This document shows positions 39,693 to 49,537 of a DNA stretch of 59,104 bases, piece by piece. The position numbers and the translations under genes were made by a program. Under the pieces are notes generated by a model. That model worked only from the letters and a program-made list of their open reading frames with translations, was not told the DNA's origin and did no database searches. Source of the stretch: a virus (taxonomy: Duplodnaviria > Caudoviricetes); the IMG/VR virus record IMGVR_UViG_3300036820_000020, positions 1-59,104 of that record; one strand, given 5' to 3'. Numbering within the stretch: position 1 is the stretch's first letter; every line of letters starts with the position of its first letter.

Positions 39693-41516
39693 TCATTCAC
39701 CCGTTACCGTTATCGCGTCTGGAGATCCAGTGACCAGAAATGAATAACTTCCAATACCGTACCCGGATACAAACCACTGATGTTTGTAGGTCGCGGGCGG
39801 CAGATCCGGCATGACATCAGTATACTCCAAGGTTCCATCCGCGGCCAGATTTCCCACTACTCCCAATCTGGTCTTGTTCCCTTGCCTGTCCACCAGCAGA
39901 TACGACACCGGCAGACCGACGGGCATCCACGGTTCCACACAGTCTCCTTTGAAGCCGTCAACTTCGAATCCAATATGCAATTTGACCGTCCATTGATCGC
40001 CAACGGCAAACGACAGGCCGGAAGATAACGCCAGCGCCGCCTGTCCTTTCTTGGATTTGCCGTAACCTACACCGCAGTCCGGACTAACCGATTGATAACC
40101 TGCAACAGTCAATTTCGATGTAATGTTCATGACTTGACTTTCACTTTGCAATTCTATTCTTCTTGTATGGATCTCACCGGCAGCCGGATTCGACTTGAAC
40201 TGATGCGGATATAGCGCGTTTGGGACACCGCGCCGCAGGAAGCCGCATAGCTCAGGCCATCCAGCTCCGGAACTCATATCCATGACTAATAGATCGGATT
40301 TTCTGTCTTTAAAATATTCCAGTACTTCGGAATTGTGGCGGCGATAACGGCGTATAAAAACCTCCGCGTCGAAGTCTTCCTGTCCGTATAATTCCCGATG
40401 GAGGTAGAGAGGGAAATTGTTTTGCTTGTTCCAGGTATCCCGGAACTCATTTGCGATACTCCAGTGGCGTTGAACACTCGCTAGCCACGCGCGTTCATCG
40501 CGCAATGTCAAAATAAATTTGGAACGAGGATAAAGACTATCCAGTTCCCGGTAAAAAAGAGGGATTGGGAGATCCGACAGAGCGTAGTAATCTTCAAGCG
40601 CGGCGGGCCGTTTCTTCCAGGTGAGATCGTCATAGATGGATTTAGCCCATTCGACCGACTTCCAGTGTCCGCTGCTGTAGCCCAGAATTTCTAAAGCCGT
40701 ATGCAGCGAAGTCGTCCCTGTCTTGTGCATACCGATCCCGAATATCCTTGTGGGAAGACGTGTCAATTCGATCGGATCAGTTGAAAAGTTTTTGAAAACA
40801 ACACCGCAGCCGAAGTCGCCAAAATTAGCAATCGTGGCGGTTTCGGCGACTGTCGTGAACTCATCCGAACTCATCAGGACCTCTACGTCCTGATACTCTT
40901 TGAAACGCATTTTGTCGGTGTGCAGGATCACGTTCAGGTACTTACGCGGAATTTCACAAGCGTCGTAACCCAAACGGCGTACGCGGCAGTGGAAATCCTT
41001 GTCGTCCGGACCCCATTTGTTATATTTGGATTCGTCATATCCACCGGTTTTAACAAACGCGGCGGAAGTTACCACGATACGGCCATTGCAGCCTTTCGGA
41101 TATCTGGACTCGGCGGGCTGGTTGCGGTTAGCCCATAGGAACCGGAGACTGTTCTCCGAAATCTTTCCGGCTATATAACCGGCGAATCCAGGACCTGTAA
41201 AGTTGTCCGCGTCCAGGTTTACTAACACCCCGGCGCCTTCGATCATACCCAGCCGGTGGGCCATATTCTTGGCGTGCGCCATCTGGAAGTGACGGGCGGA
41301 CGGGAAACTATAGACCACCAGGCGTCCGCTTTCAATATCAGCGCGATGACAGGTTTTCAGATAATCCGAAAGACCGTCGCGGCTGTTGTAGTCTAAGACG
41401 ATATGTTTTAGATACGGATAATCTAGATTGTCGGATATATTGCGCGGCAGGGTTTCACGCAGGTGTTGCAGACGGCCCCGGCAGGTTGTACAGAAAGCGA
41501 TTGACGGAGATCCCAT
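39693..41516 (-). CDS. GT2 glycosyltransferase-sulfotransferase fusion with an extra C-terminal beta domain
   Basis: GT2: TTCRGR..HL, VLDYNS.D, NLDAD, GGYDE...WG.DD.D. Sulfotransferase: PAPS loop GIGMHKTGTTSL, KFILTLRD...W..S, GW..LC.FL. Confidence 0.82.
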   Translation of the reverse strand: MGSPSIAFCTTCRGRLQHLRETLPRNISDNLDYPYLKHIVLDYNSRDGLSDYLKTCHRADIESGRLVVYSFPSARHFQMAHAKNMAHRLGMIEGAGVLVNLDADNFTGPGFAGYIAGKISENSLRFLWANRNQPAESRYPKGCNGRIVVTSAAFVKTGGYDESKYNKWGPDDKDFHCRVRRLGYDACEIPRKYLNVILHTDKMRFKEYQDVEVLMSSDEFTTVAETATIANFGDFGCGVVFKNFSTDPIELTRLPTRIFGIGMHKTGTTSLHTALEILGYSSGHWKSVEWAKSIYDDLTWKKRPAALEDYYALSDLPIPLFYRELDSLYPRSKFILTLRDERAWLASVQRHWSIANEFRDTWNKQNNFPLYLHRELYGQEDFDAEVFIRRYRRHNSEVLEYFKDRKSDLLVMDMSSGAGWPELCGFLRRGVPNALYPHQFKSNPAAGEIHTRRIELQSESQVMNITSKLTVAGYQSVSPDCGVGYGKSKKGQAALALSSGLSFAVGDQWTVKLHIGFEVDGFKGDCVEPWMPVGLPVSYLLVDRQGNKTRLGVVGNLAADGTLEYTDVMPDLPPATYKHQWFVSGYGIGSYSFLVTGSPDAITVTGE

Positions 41517-41572
41517 AGAGTCACGGTCACGGTCACGGTCGCGGTCGCAATTGGAAGATCGGAAATCAAAAG

Positions 41573-41884
41573 TTAGTGAGTGGCTGTGGTAGTAATGGTG
41601 GCGACGGCGGCGGCAGTGGTGGCGGTAGCGGTGGCGGCGGCTGTGGCAGTGGCGGCGGTGGCATGATTCACCGCGGATACGATGACCGCCTTTTGATCTT
41701 CCGCCAAACCCGGAATCTTTTCAAGATGAGTCAGGAGATCCGGCACGGCAGACGGCGGCAAAGGATTCATATCGGAACTGGCGGAAGGGTTGAGGAGAGT
41801 CCAGACCGTTCCGAATACGGAAAATGCCAGTTCGATGAGGTCTTCTATAGTAGTGATAGTCGTGATAGTACTAGTAGGTGTCAT
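41573..41884 (-). CDS. Hypothetical protein with Thr/Ala-rich ends
   Basis: Fits the minus-strand operon. Confidence 0.5.
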   Translation of the reverse strand: MTPTSTITTITTIEDLIELAFSVFGTVWTLLNPSASSDMNPLPPSAVPDLLTHLEKIPGLAEDQKAVIVSAVNHATAATATAAATATATTAAAVATITTTATH

Positions 41885-41947
41885 AACAGAGACCAGTCTA
41901 CCAGATCGTCAATCAAGATACCAGGAGCATTATTCTAGCCATTTTGG

Positions 41948-44287
41948 TTATTTGGTATCTTTAGTAATTCCGCCTGTATCCGATTGCGCCCCCCACGCCC
42001 AGGACGCGCACGATTTCGGCGATCTGGACTGAGACAGGCCGCCAGACAGATTGTTGCCGTTGATGGTATCCTGTCCGCCTGTCAAAGCCAGCAAAGCCGA
42101 GTCATAGGCAAGATGCGCCGGGTTCTTTCCGCTGTACGCTGTTACCTTGGACGCCCGCCAGTAATTGACATCCCACGAATAAAAAGACTTCAGGATGAAC
42201 CCGAGCGCCATAATCCGATCATCTTTACCGCCGTACCCCGCTCTCAACTGCTGTTCCATCTCGTCTCCTTCGAGCGACTGCATTTCCTTGACGAAGAAGG
42301 GAGAGCAGATCTCGATCTCACCATCTCTGAGAGATTTGACAATCATCTCGATCATGGCGGCACGGAACCAGAAGTTAGTAAAGACGCCGATCTTGTTGAA
42401 TTTGGACAGTTCAATGCGGCGGTTATCGACCTGTTTATCGTTCCAGGAGTGGAAATTCGTCCAGTTCATCAAACGCAGGATGTTCTGTACTACGTCCCCT
42501 TTGCCCCTGCATTCGATAGCCATCCGCGGCTGTTTCATAGATCCATGCCTGTCTTTGACCGAATACCAGGTGCCAAGAGCGAGTAGGAACGGCCATACAT
42601 CCAAAGCCGATACGTGGCCGGATGCAAATTCACAAACCTGTTTCGTAGGACCTTCGAGACTATGCTTCCGCAACCCTTCGATACAAGTGCTGTCCTTGTC
42701 GATACCGTCTCCGGTGTCGCATCCGAATCCGTATTCAAACCCTTCGATGGGCGGCTCCCAGACGTACAATTTATCAATCGATCCCTTTTTGGAATCAGAT
42801 TCATAATCCCATCCTCTAAACTTGAGAGGGACTAATTCGAAAGGGATCTTGATGCCGCCGCCGGCGTCGGCGGTGATAGAGATCGGCGGCAGATCAGAAT
42901 TGATAAGAATGTCCTGCGGCTGCATACGGGACGGGACGAATTCGACAGGACCGCGTAATCCAAACACTCCCCACAACGGCTGTGTACGGGTGTTGGTGCG
43001 GTAGAAGTCAATTGTGTCCACGTCGAACACGGTGATGTTAGACGATTGAAACGCCTCGGCGTCATTGGCCGGCATTTCCTGAAGGAATTTGTTGAGAGAA
43101 TTCTTGCGGATGGCGTCTCCGCGCTCGCATTCGTAATACCAGATCTGCTCCAATGGCATGTGCCAGTTGGAGCCTAGGTGGCGGACGAGATAGTCTGTTT
43201 GGAGGACGTAGGCGCGAGCGGCCTCCGCGTGATTCTTAGCCCACGGCGCCATTGATTCAGAATAATCTAAAGGGACAGGACGGCCTATCAAGTCAACTGG
43301 TTTCGGATACAGGCCGCCGACAAACCACGGAAGAAACAGAGGACGGAGACGGCCACGGCCCTGCGGCCATTCCTCTTTAGCCGCTTCCCAATGCTCATGC
43401 CAGGCGTTATTGATACCTTCGGCGGTTCCTTCCAAGGCCAGAAAGGATCGAGGGGACGGGTGCATACCGCGAAGCAAAGCGGAGTCTACGATTGAGTTCA
43501 TATCGGTAAACTCGGCCAGTTCGGATAAGTGAGCCACGTTGGGACTGTCTCCCCTGGCCATGCCGGTAGTCTGCTGGCCGTGCTCCATCGTGATAGCCGA
43601 TCCGTTGAAGAATTCGAGGAGTTTGCCCGCCTGGTCCACTTTACCGAGTTTGCCTGGCTGGCTGGAGCCTGGCTGCATCCAGTAGGGCATTCTTACAAGC
43701 ACGAACGAGATCAGTTTGAAGAGCTTCAAAGTCTTCTTGTCGGTCGAGCTGGCCAAATATGCATTGATATTCGAATCGAAAACAACTCGATGTAACAGAA
43801 TAAGCGTAATAATGCGGCTTATTCCTAACTGCCGGGCCTTCAGGATGATGAGGAAGATTGCAATCTCCTGATCCTCCATCTCGGCTACTATGTTTAAGAA
43901 GATCTCCTGGCTTGTCCATAGCTTCATCCTCACAGTTTCGTTATCGGTAGATTTGATCCAGGCGCAGCGCTCGACCCAGTACCAGAAGTCGATAGCGCAT
44001 AGGATACGCTGACACTTGATCCAATAGGATTCGTCTGTAGTAAGCGTGTCTTTCCAAGATAGAATAGGCTGGCCGGTGGAAGAGTTATAGACCTGGCGTC
44101 CGTCAGGCGTTACTTTGCGGCGGGGGATCAGGCGGCCAGTTTCGGGATCGTGTTCGACCAGGGAGTCGAAATGCGAGACGGCGCGGGCGAATTCGAGGAC
44201 AGAGACACGTTCCAACTTTAGACCGCGATTGGAAGGATGGGAGAGAACGCGGTTGAGGTTGCGAGAGATAATACGGTCGGAATACAC
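41948..44287 (-). CDS. terL: Terminase large subunit
   Basis: Walker A LKARQLGIS, Walker B HLSELA, motif III EGTAEG, nuclease GCDTGDG..D and DDRIMA. Confidence 0.9.
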   Translation of the reverse strand: MYSDRIISRNLNRVLSHPSNRGLKLERVSVLEFARAVSHFDSLVEHDPETGRLIPRRKVTPDGRQVYNSSTGQPILSWKDTLTTDESYWIKCQRILCAIDFWYWVERCAWIKSTDNETVRMKLWTSQEIFLNIVAEMEDQEIAIFLIILKARQLGISRIITLILLHRVVFDSNINAYLASSTDKKTLKLFKLISFVLVRMPYWMQPGSSQPGKLGKVDQAGKLLEFFNGSAITMEHGQQTTGMARGDSPNVAHLSELAEFTDMNSIVDSALLRGMHPSPRSFLALEGTAEGINNAWHEHWEAAKEEWPQGRGRLRPLFLPWFVGGLYPKPVDLIGRPVPLDYSESMAPWAKNHAEAARAYVLQTDYLVRHLGSNWHMPLEQIWYYECERGDAIRKNSLNKFLQEMPANDAEAFQSSNITVFDVDTIDFYRTNTRTQPLWGVFGLRGPVEFVPSRMQPQDILINSDLPPISITADAGGGIKIPFELVPLKFRGWDYESDSKKGSIDKLYVWEPPIEGFEYGFGCDTGDGIDKDSTCIEGLRKHSLEGPTKQVCEFASGHVSALDVWPFLLALGTWYSVKDRHGSMKQPRMAIECRGKGDVVQNILRLMNWTNFHSWNDKQVDNRRIELSKFNKIGVFTNFWFRAAMIEMIVKSLRDGEIEICSPFFVKEMQSLEGDEMEQQLRAGYGGKDDRIMALGFILKSFYSWDVNYWRASKVTAYSGKNPAHLAYDSALLALTGGQDTINGNNLSGGLSQSRSPKSCASWAWGAQSDTGGITKDTK

Positions 44288-44291
44288 TTAC

Positions 44292-45227
44292 TTATTCGTC
44301 CTCGTCATTTCCTTCGGAATCATCTTCGTTATCTTCGTCATCTTCGTTATCTTCGTCTTCATCCACTGTCTCTTCCGCCATGCACTCCGTTCCTCCGGAC
44401 TGCATGATCTTTGAAAGATCCACGATCGCGGTGTCCATGTCGGCCAGATTCCCAACAGGCGCCGCGTCTGTCTTGATACCGGCAACAGAATTAGAAGACG
44501 AGAAGTTAAAGATGGGGACAGTAACGCCGCCGCCGCCGCCGCCACCGCCGACTCTAGACTGTTGCGGAAGCATACCAGAAGCTTTGAAGATCAACTCCCT
44601 GTCTTTGAAGTTATCGGATGACACGCAGGCGAATTCCGCGGTCTTCTCTATTACCCGCGGAGCGGAAAAGGCAAGAGCGAACTGGCGCTTGGGATGAAGC
44701 TCGTTCATGACATGCTTGGCTACCCAGCCGGTCAGGTCGCCGACAGATACCTTAGAGGAGAGACAGAGATCCTCGGGGATATGAAGCCGGCGCTTATCAA
44801 TATCAAGCGAATGCCATGAAGACAGATAGCGGGCTGCGTCGGGATTGCCGAGACGGGCTTCGACAGCTACGTACTTGATATAGTTGCGCCAGGAAGGAGA
44901 GATATAAGAGAAAGCGGAGGCCAGGGGAGAACGGGAGCCGGTGGCTATAGCGGTGTTAGCGGCGTTAGCGGCGTTATCTTCATCCACTTCTAAATCACAG
45001 GTCAAGGGTGACTGGATAGGTCTTGGATTAGCCGTGGACGGCATCACCACGACAGTGTTACTGTCATCGTGGCTATCATGACTATCATAACTATCATCAT
45101 GACTATTGCCGTGCTGGCTCGCGCGTGTTCGCTTCCGCTTTGGCGAGCTGGAAGGCTTGCCGGATAATGTCTTCGGCTTCACTGGCGGTGAAGGGCTCTT
45201 GCCAGACCTGGTTTCCTTCTTCATCAA
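44292..45227 (-). CDS. Hypothetical protein, terminase small subunit candidate
   Basis: Immediately upstream of terL; acidic tail of 9-bp repeats; start uncertain. Confidence 0.5.
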   Translation of the reverse strand: MMKKETRSGKSPSPPVKPKTLSGKPSSSPKRKRTRASQHGNSHDDSYDSHDSHDDSNTVVVMPSTANPRPIQSPLTCDLEVDEDNAANAANTAIATGSRSPLASAFSYISPSWRNYIKYVAVEARLGNPDAARYLSSWHSLDIDKRRLHIPEDLCLSSKVSVGDLTGWVAKHVMNELHPKRQFALAFSAPRVIEKTAEFACVSSDNFKDRELIFKASGMLPQQSRVGGGGGGGGVTVPIFNFSSSNSVAGIKTDAAPVGNLADMDTAIVDLSKIMQSGGTECMAEETVDEDEDNEDDEDNEDDSEGNDEDE

Positions 45228-45624
45228 GCACCATTCTACGCTCAGACGTGAGACGCTGGCGCATCTCGGTTAAAACCTGTTGGAATTGAGGCGACCACGG
45301 AGCGACACCGAGAGAGATCGCGAGCGCGGCTTCGTGGTCTGTACGGGCCTGGTACTCTTCCGGAGACTCGGCGAGATGGAATTCATAAGGCTCGCCGGAT
45401 GTTTTAGACTGTTTAGACTGTTTAGATTGCTCGCGTGTAGTGCCTACACGCTCGCCGGTAGCCAGACTAGCCAGACTGGACTGATTGGCCTGATCGTCAC
45501 CTTGTGAAAGTGGTATCGATGGCGACAGTCTTTCTAAAGCGTCCGCTATCCGTCTCAATTCAAACGTATTGCGGTCGATTGAGGCGACCAGCCCGAGAGG
45601 AAGCTCAAACCAGGACATAATCAA
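45103..45624 (-). CDS. Hypothetical protein
   Basis: ELRRIADALERL helical motif; in operon. Confidence 0.6.
   Translation of the reverse strand: MIMSWFELPLGLVASIDRNTFELRRIADALERLSPSIPLSQGDDQANQSSLASLATGERVGTTREQSKQSKQSKTSGEPYEFHLAESPEEYQARTDHEAALAISLGVAPWSPQFQQVLTEMRQRLTSERRMVLDEEGNQVWQEPFTASEAEDIIRQAFQLAKAEANTREPARQ
45436..45448. promoter_or_regulatory. Palindromic site 6 TGTAG-TGC-CTACA
   Basis: Extends to 8-bp arms GCGTGTAG..CTACACGC. Confidence 0.75.
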
Positions 45625-45660
45625 TCAAACAATTCATCTTTGTCTTTATATGGCTCAGAC

Positions 45661-46191
45661 TCATGCCTTTGTAGAAGCCTTCGGCTTCTCCACAAGCTGA
45701 GTCTTCGCTTCGACCGCGACAGTATCCGCCTGTTGCGGCTTGAACGATCCAAGATCGTCGACGAGTTCCCGATGCTCCCGCGCGATCAAAGCCATCTGCG
45801 ACTCCAGGTACTCATTATGACGTTTAAGAGAAGATACTAATCCAAGCATCTCATTGAAACGGTCAGGGGAGAAAAGGATAGTACCGATGTGACTCCTGAT
45901 CTCGTACATCTCTCTCTCGTTCCCTTGGCCTTTCGTGCCGATGTCTCTAATCTGATAGGCGTAGTTGTAGTGAGTACCCGCGGTTGGGTCGAATATAATG
46001 ACTTCGATCTGGCCGTCTGGCTCATGCTGCTGCAAGACGATCGCGGGGGCGAAATATTCCTGACCGTTTGTACGGGTGTGGCCGGGCAGGCGAAGAGTTA
46101 GAATCGTGCCTTCAGACAGGTGTTGCGGCGGCGGAAGCGTCGATGGAAGTGTATAGGGCCGATCGGCCCGTACGTCAAAAGTGTTTGTCAT
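45661..46191 (-). CDS. Hypothetical protein
   Basis: GAGGA RBS; C-terminal coiled coil. Confidence 0.65.
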   Translation of the reverse strand: MTNTFDVRADRPYTLPSTLPPPQHLSEGTILTLRLPGHTRTNGQEYFAPAIVLQQHEPDGQIEVIIFDPTAGTHYNYAYQIRDIGTKGQGNEREMYEIRSHIGTILFSPDRFNEMLGLVSSLKRHNEYLESQMALIAREHRELVDDLGSFKPQQADTVAVEAKTQLVEKPKASTKA

Positions 46192-46193
46192 GG

Positions 46194-47171
46194 TTATCCT
46201 CGATTGTTATTGCCAAACGATATCCGCGGCCTGCCGTCGGAATAGAGACCGCCGCCGGATCTGCCCGGGCGCATGAGGCCGGCGGGGCCGGCGTCATAAA
46301 CACCGTTCACTGATTCATACGGCTGGCCGCCCTGGTCGCCGAGCGTCTTGACACTGGAGACGTGAGTACCGGCGGTCACATGGATACCGGCGTGGTCGAT
46401 GCCTTCGCCGCTCATATCTAGCTTGATCTTCCCTTTGTCTACCAGGATCTCTTGCCTGGACGGCGCTGTCTGCGTGATTTCGGACGCGAATACATATCCG
46501 TCGGCCACGATACCCTGGCGGCCTCCCGACGGAAGATTATCCGACGGATCTATGATTCGATTGGTGTTATCGGGCTCCGGATCTGTCCGATTCGAGTGAC
46601 TAACGTCCCTCATATCGAACATCTCCGTCGCTCGCCCGTCCAGGCCTGGAAGTCTCGAAGGGGAGACGGATACTTCCACATCTCCTATGAACAAATGACG
46701 GCCAGTCTCGCGGTCGCCATAGCCTGGTCTCGGAATCGGGAGATTATGCCGCTCCCTGATTTGATCTGGCGGCGAACCGCCTGGTATCGGCGCCGCGTTG
46801 ATAACCGCCGTTCGCCGGGCGGACGCGCGAGCGGGAGCGGGAGACATAGGAGCCGCGCGCTCCACCATCTCAGAGATCAGATTGGTTGGATTGGCCGGAT
46901 TGGCCAGATTAGTAAGATTATTGTCTAGTGTGACAGCCGCGTGGATATCCATCGATTCCGCGGGCGATTCGATTGGGACCGACCCGCCAATATAAGAATC
47001 GACAGAGACAGTCAGGTCAAGAGAAATCTTGGCCATGGGAAGCGTGAGATGCTGCTGTCCGAATGGCGGATGCGAGTCGAGTAGTTGGCGGAACCAGTCT
47101 ACTAACGCCTCCCTGGCTTCGACACCGTTGAGGTCGTTGTAGGTGAGATTAGACGGGAGTTTCAAAGGCAT
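46194..47171 (-). CDS. Hypothetical protein
   Basis: First gene of the minus-strand block. Confidence 0.65.
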   Translation of the reverse strand: MPLKLPSNLTYNDLNGVEAREALVDWFRQLLDSHPPFGQQHLTLPMAKISLDLTVSVDSYIGGSVPIESPAESMDIHAAVTLDNNLTNLANPANPTNLISEMVERAAPMSPAPARASARRTAVINAAPIPGGSPPDQIRERHNLPIPRPGYGDRETGRHLFIGDVEVSVSPSRLPGLDGRATEMFDMRDVSHSNRTDPEPDNTNRIIDPSDNLPSGGRQGIVADGYVFASEITQTAPSRQEILVDKGKIKLDMSGEGIDHAGIHVTAGTHVSSVKTLGDQGGQPYESVNGVYDAGPAGLMRPGRSGGGLYSDGRPRISFGNNNRG

Positions 47172-47325
47172 AACAGTCTATAGTCTACAGTCTATAGTTT
47201 AGTACAAGCTCCGAAGCCGGCTATCGCCGCTTCGTCGCGTCCGTGGCCGCGTCCGTGGCCGCCAGTATCCGATTAGCCGATTATTAGCCAATGCAGTGTT
47301 GCATGGTATTATTGATCTGTCAAGT

Positions 47326-48387
47326 ATGAATCCATATCCACAACGGATAGAAGAGCTTCATAATCATTTAGAGTCTGTCTGGAGCCACCGGGACAGACAG
47401 GCGACAGAAATCCTGCTGGCTTCGATGCTTGATCCAAAGCTGACAGGCTTGAACCGCCCCTGGATCATATTGGAGACCGACTGGCCGAGCCGGGACTGTT
47501 CGAACGCCTGGTTTGCCTTCGGGGGAGCCCATCATCCCCAGTCAATGTCGGTCGCTAGAGTATTGCGGATGCCGCTGTGCGAAGACGCCATACAGGCCTG
47601 GCTGGGAGAAAAGAGGCTGGGGGGACCAGGCCTGTTGATCGAGTCCGAGTGGCGGAAGCCGGCGGGGACACACAATCCAAAACTGACAGCGCTGTGGCAT
47701 AGTTACCTGGTGTTGATGGCGAGCTGCGTCAGGATGAGAGCCGATTGTCCGAAGGGCGAATTCGGCATGAGACCAGTAGGAGAAAGACTGGCGGCTATTG
47801 AAGAATTGAAAAGACTGACGAATCGGGTTTTAGACGGCTCGTGGAGATCTCCACTTACACCTACGACCGCGGGCGCTAGAGATAGTAACGGTAACAGTAA
47901 CAGTAACAGTAACAGTAATAGTAACAGTCATCAGGTGGTGAAATCATTCTTATATTGGTGTGAGCTGTTGCAGCGTGCCGCGCCGCTTCAGACTGACTGG
48001 GACGTGTTGACCGGCGCCCTGACAGCGGTCGCGGGCGGTATCGCGCTGTTGTATATGGACGGGAGAGGTCCGGATTGGATCGCCGCCGAAAGGCTGATGA
48101 GAGACATGATTCACCCGGACACCGTAGAGCTCATGAAATTGACCGCTGTCGATAGAGCCGCGGCCACATTGCAGTACCGGCGCCTGAAGCAGACGCGGTC
48201 AAGGAAGAATGACTGGAGAAGCGACGGGATCGCGGTAGAGATTAAGAGACTGGCGAGAGAGAAAGTCATTGTGAAAAGAGACGGCTGGAAAGAGAAAGAC
48301 CACGCCGCGTATTATCCATGGAAGTATCGAGTGGCCGCCGAAGACTGGAACGAATTGATAGATAGAAGCAAACGGATATTGATTTGA
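47326..48387 (+). CDS. Hypothetical protein with (NS)n insert
   Basis: Long ORF, likely ATG 47326. The N-terminus weakly resembles the N-terminal helical region of the ATPase at 55947. Confidence 0.65.
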   Translation: MNPYPQRIEELHNHLESVWSHRDRQATEILLASMLDPKLTGLNRPWIILETDWPSRDCSNAWFAFGGAHHPQSMSVARVLRMPLCEDAIQAWLGEKRLGGPGLLIESEWRKPAGTHNPKLTALWHSYLVLMASCVRMRADCPKGEFGMRPVGERLAAIEELKRLTNRVLDGSWRSPLTPTTAGARDSNGNSNSNSNSNSNSHQVVKSFLYWCELLQRAAPLQTDWDVLTGALTAVAGGIALLYMDGRGPDWIAAERLMRDMIHPDTVELMKLTAVDRAAATLQYRRLKQTRSRKNDWRSDGIAVEIKRLAREKVIVKRDGWKEKDHAAYYPWKYRVAAEDWNELIDRSKRILI

Positions 48388-48475
48388 TTTAGTCTGAGTG
48401 GGCTCGCTCGTGACAGGACAGGCTAGGCCAGGCCAGGCTTGGCCAGGCTTGGCCTGCCTGTCTGTCACTCGCTCG

Positions 48476-48521
48476 CGTCAAAAGTCTGACGTGACCGACC
48501 GTCAAAAGTCTGACGTGACCG
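48476..48521. repeat. 22-bp direct repeat CGTCAAAAGTCTGACGTGACCG x2
   Basis: Copies at 48476-48497 and 48500-48521, abutting a TGTAG-N3-CTACA site. Confidence 0.85.
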
Positions 48522-48534
48522 TGTAGGCGCTACA
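48522..48534. promoter_or_regulatory. Palindromic site 7 TGTAG-GCG-CTACA
   Basis: Intergenic; CCGTGTAGGCGCTACA is identical to site 9 and to site 10 (inverted). Confidence 0.8.
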
Positions 48535-48816
48535 AAAATCACGCTAATTATTGCAATTAAATACCTGAAAAACATCATTCAATTTTAGTTTTAAAAGGGG
48601 AAGTGTGGAGGTACGTTCAGAACACTATTGCGCATTTGAACCCTCGGACAATTCGCCGGCGTGGCCCGGCCCTGGCCCAGACCGGCCCAGACTGGCCTGG
48701 ACTAGCCTAGACTGTCCTGGCTCGCATCGCTGTACACCGTCTGCTGGTGTATATAGCTGCCGGATGGTCTGAGTGGCGAACATCATACGAATATCGAATG
48801 ATGTCTATCAGATACA

Positions 48817-48844
48817 AGTTAACATAATGCCCGTTATCGGAAGC
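48817..48844 (-). promoter_or_regulatory. dif-like XerC/XerD recombination site GCTTCCGATAA-CGGGCA-TTATGTTAACT
   Basis: 11-6-11 architecture. The XerD arm is 10/11 identical to E. coli TTATGTTAAAT. Located in the largest non-coding region. Confidence 0.75.
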
Positions 48845-49271
48845 TGCATAGCAGCACTGAGACGTGGTGTGGAGTGGTGTGACGAGGTGTGACTTAGTGT
48901 TTGACTTAGTGTTGTTATATAGCTCGCAAGCGGCTTGACGCCGCTTGCTCGCTTGTGTTAGTGTATTGTAAGTGTATGAGAACGTTGGATGTTACCTGTA
49001 TTAACGACTTCTCATGCATGTATTAACCGTAGGTAACTTGATAGCTTGAGCGGCAGTCGCCCTTCCCCGTTCCCAGTTCATTCTGATCATACCATCAGCT
49101 AGAGACACCAACCAAATAGCCATTGCCACTGCCAGGAGCCCGTAGGATGCATCGATTCTGAGATGGTGGTATGTGGCTACGCATTCGTACCGCTGACCGC
49201 TACGCGGTCAACAGGCCGCCTGCTTCGCTCATAGTCAGCCCGTCACCTGGTTTGCTATCCAAAGACAACTG

Positions 49272-49302
49272 TTGACACTTTCGTGCTTGTCAGATATATA
49301 TT
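49272..49302 (+). promoter_or_regulatory. Sigma70-type promoter for the early accessory genes
   Basis: TTGACA followed by TATATA/TATATT at 17-19 nt spacing; ATG at 49307. Confidence 0.55.
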
Positions 49303-49306
49303 GAGC

Positions 49307-49537
49307 ATGGAAAAACGAATTGTAGTCATCGCCGCGGTGAGCCAAGAGCAACTCGAAAACGACGGATGTGATGTCGAGCAGGAATGTGACACCATCGCAC
49401 ACGCCAAGCAGCGCGCCAAGTACTACCTCACCGAGGAGTATATGAACTCAGCGGAATCCACCACCATGCTGGGATACTCCCAGGTAAAGGTGAACGGCGT
49501 AGTTGAGTACGATTTCTTCGGAAAGGGGGTGAAGTGA
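49307..49537 (+). CDS. Small hypothetical protein
   Basis: Downstream of the promoter; GTGA overlap with the next gene. Confidence 0.65.
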   Translation: MEKRIVVIAAVSQEQLENDGCDVEQECDTIAHAKQRAKYYLTEEYMNSAESTTMLGYSQVKVNGVVEYDFFGKGVK

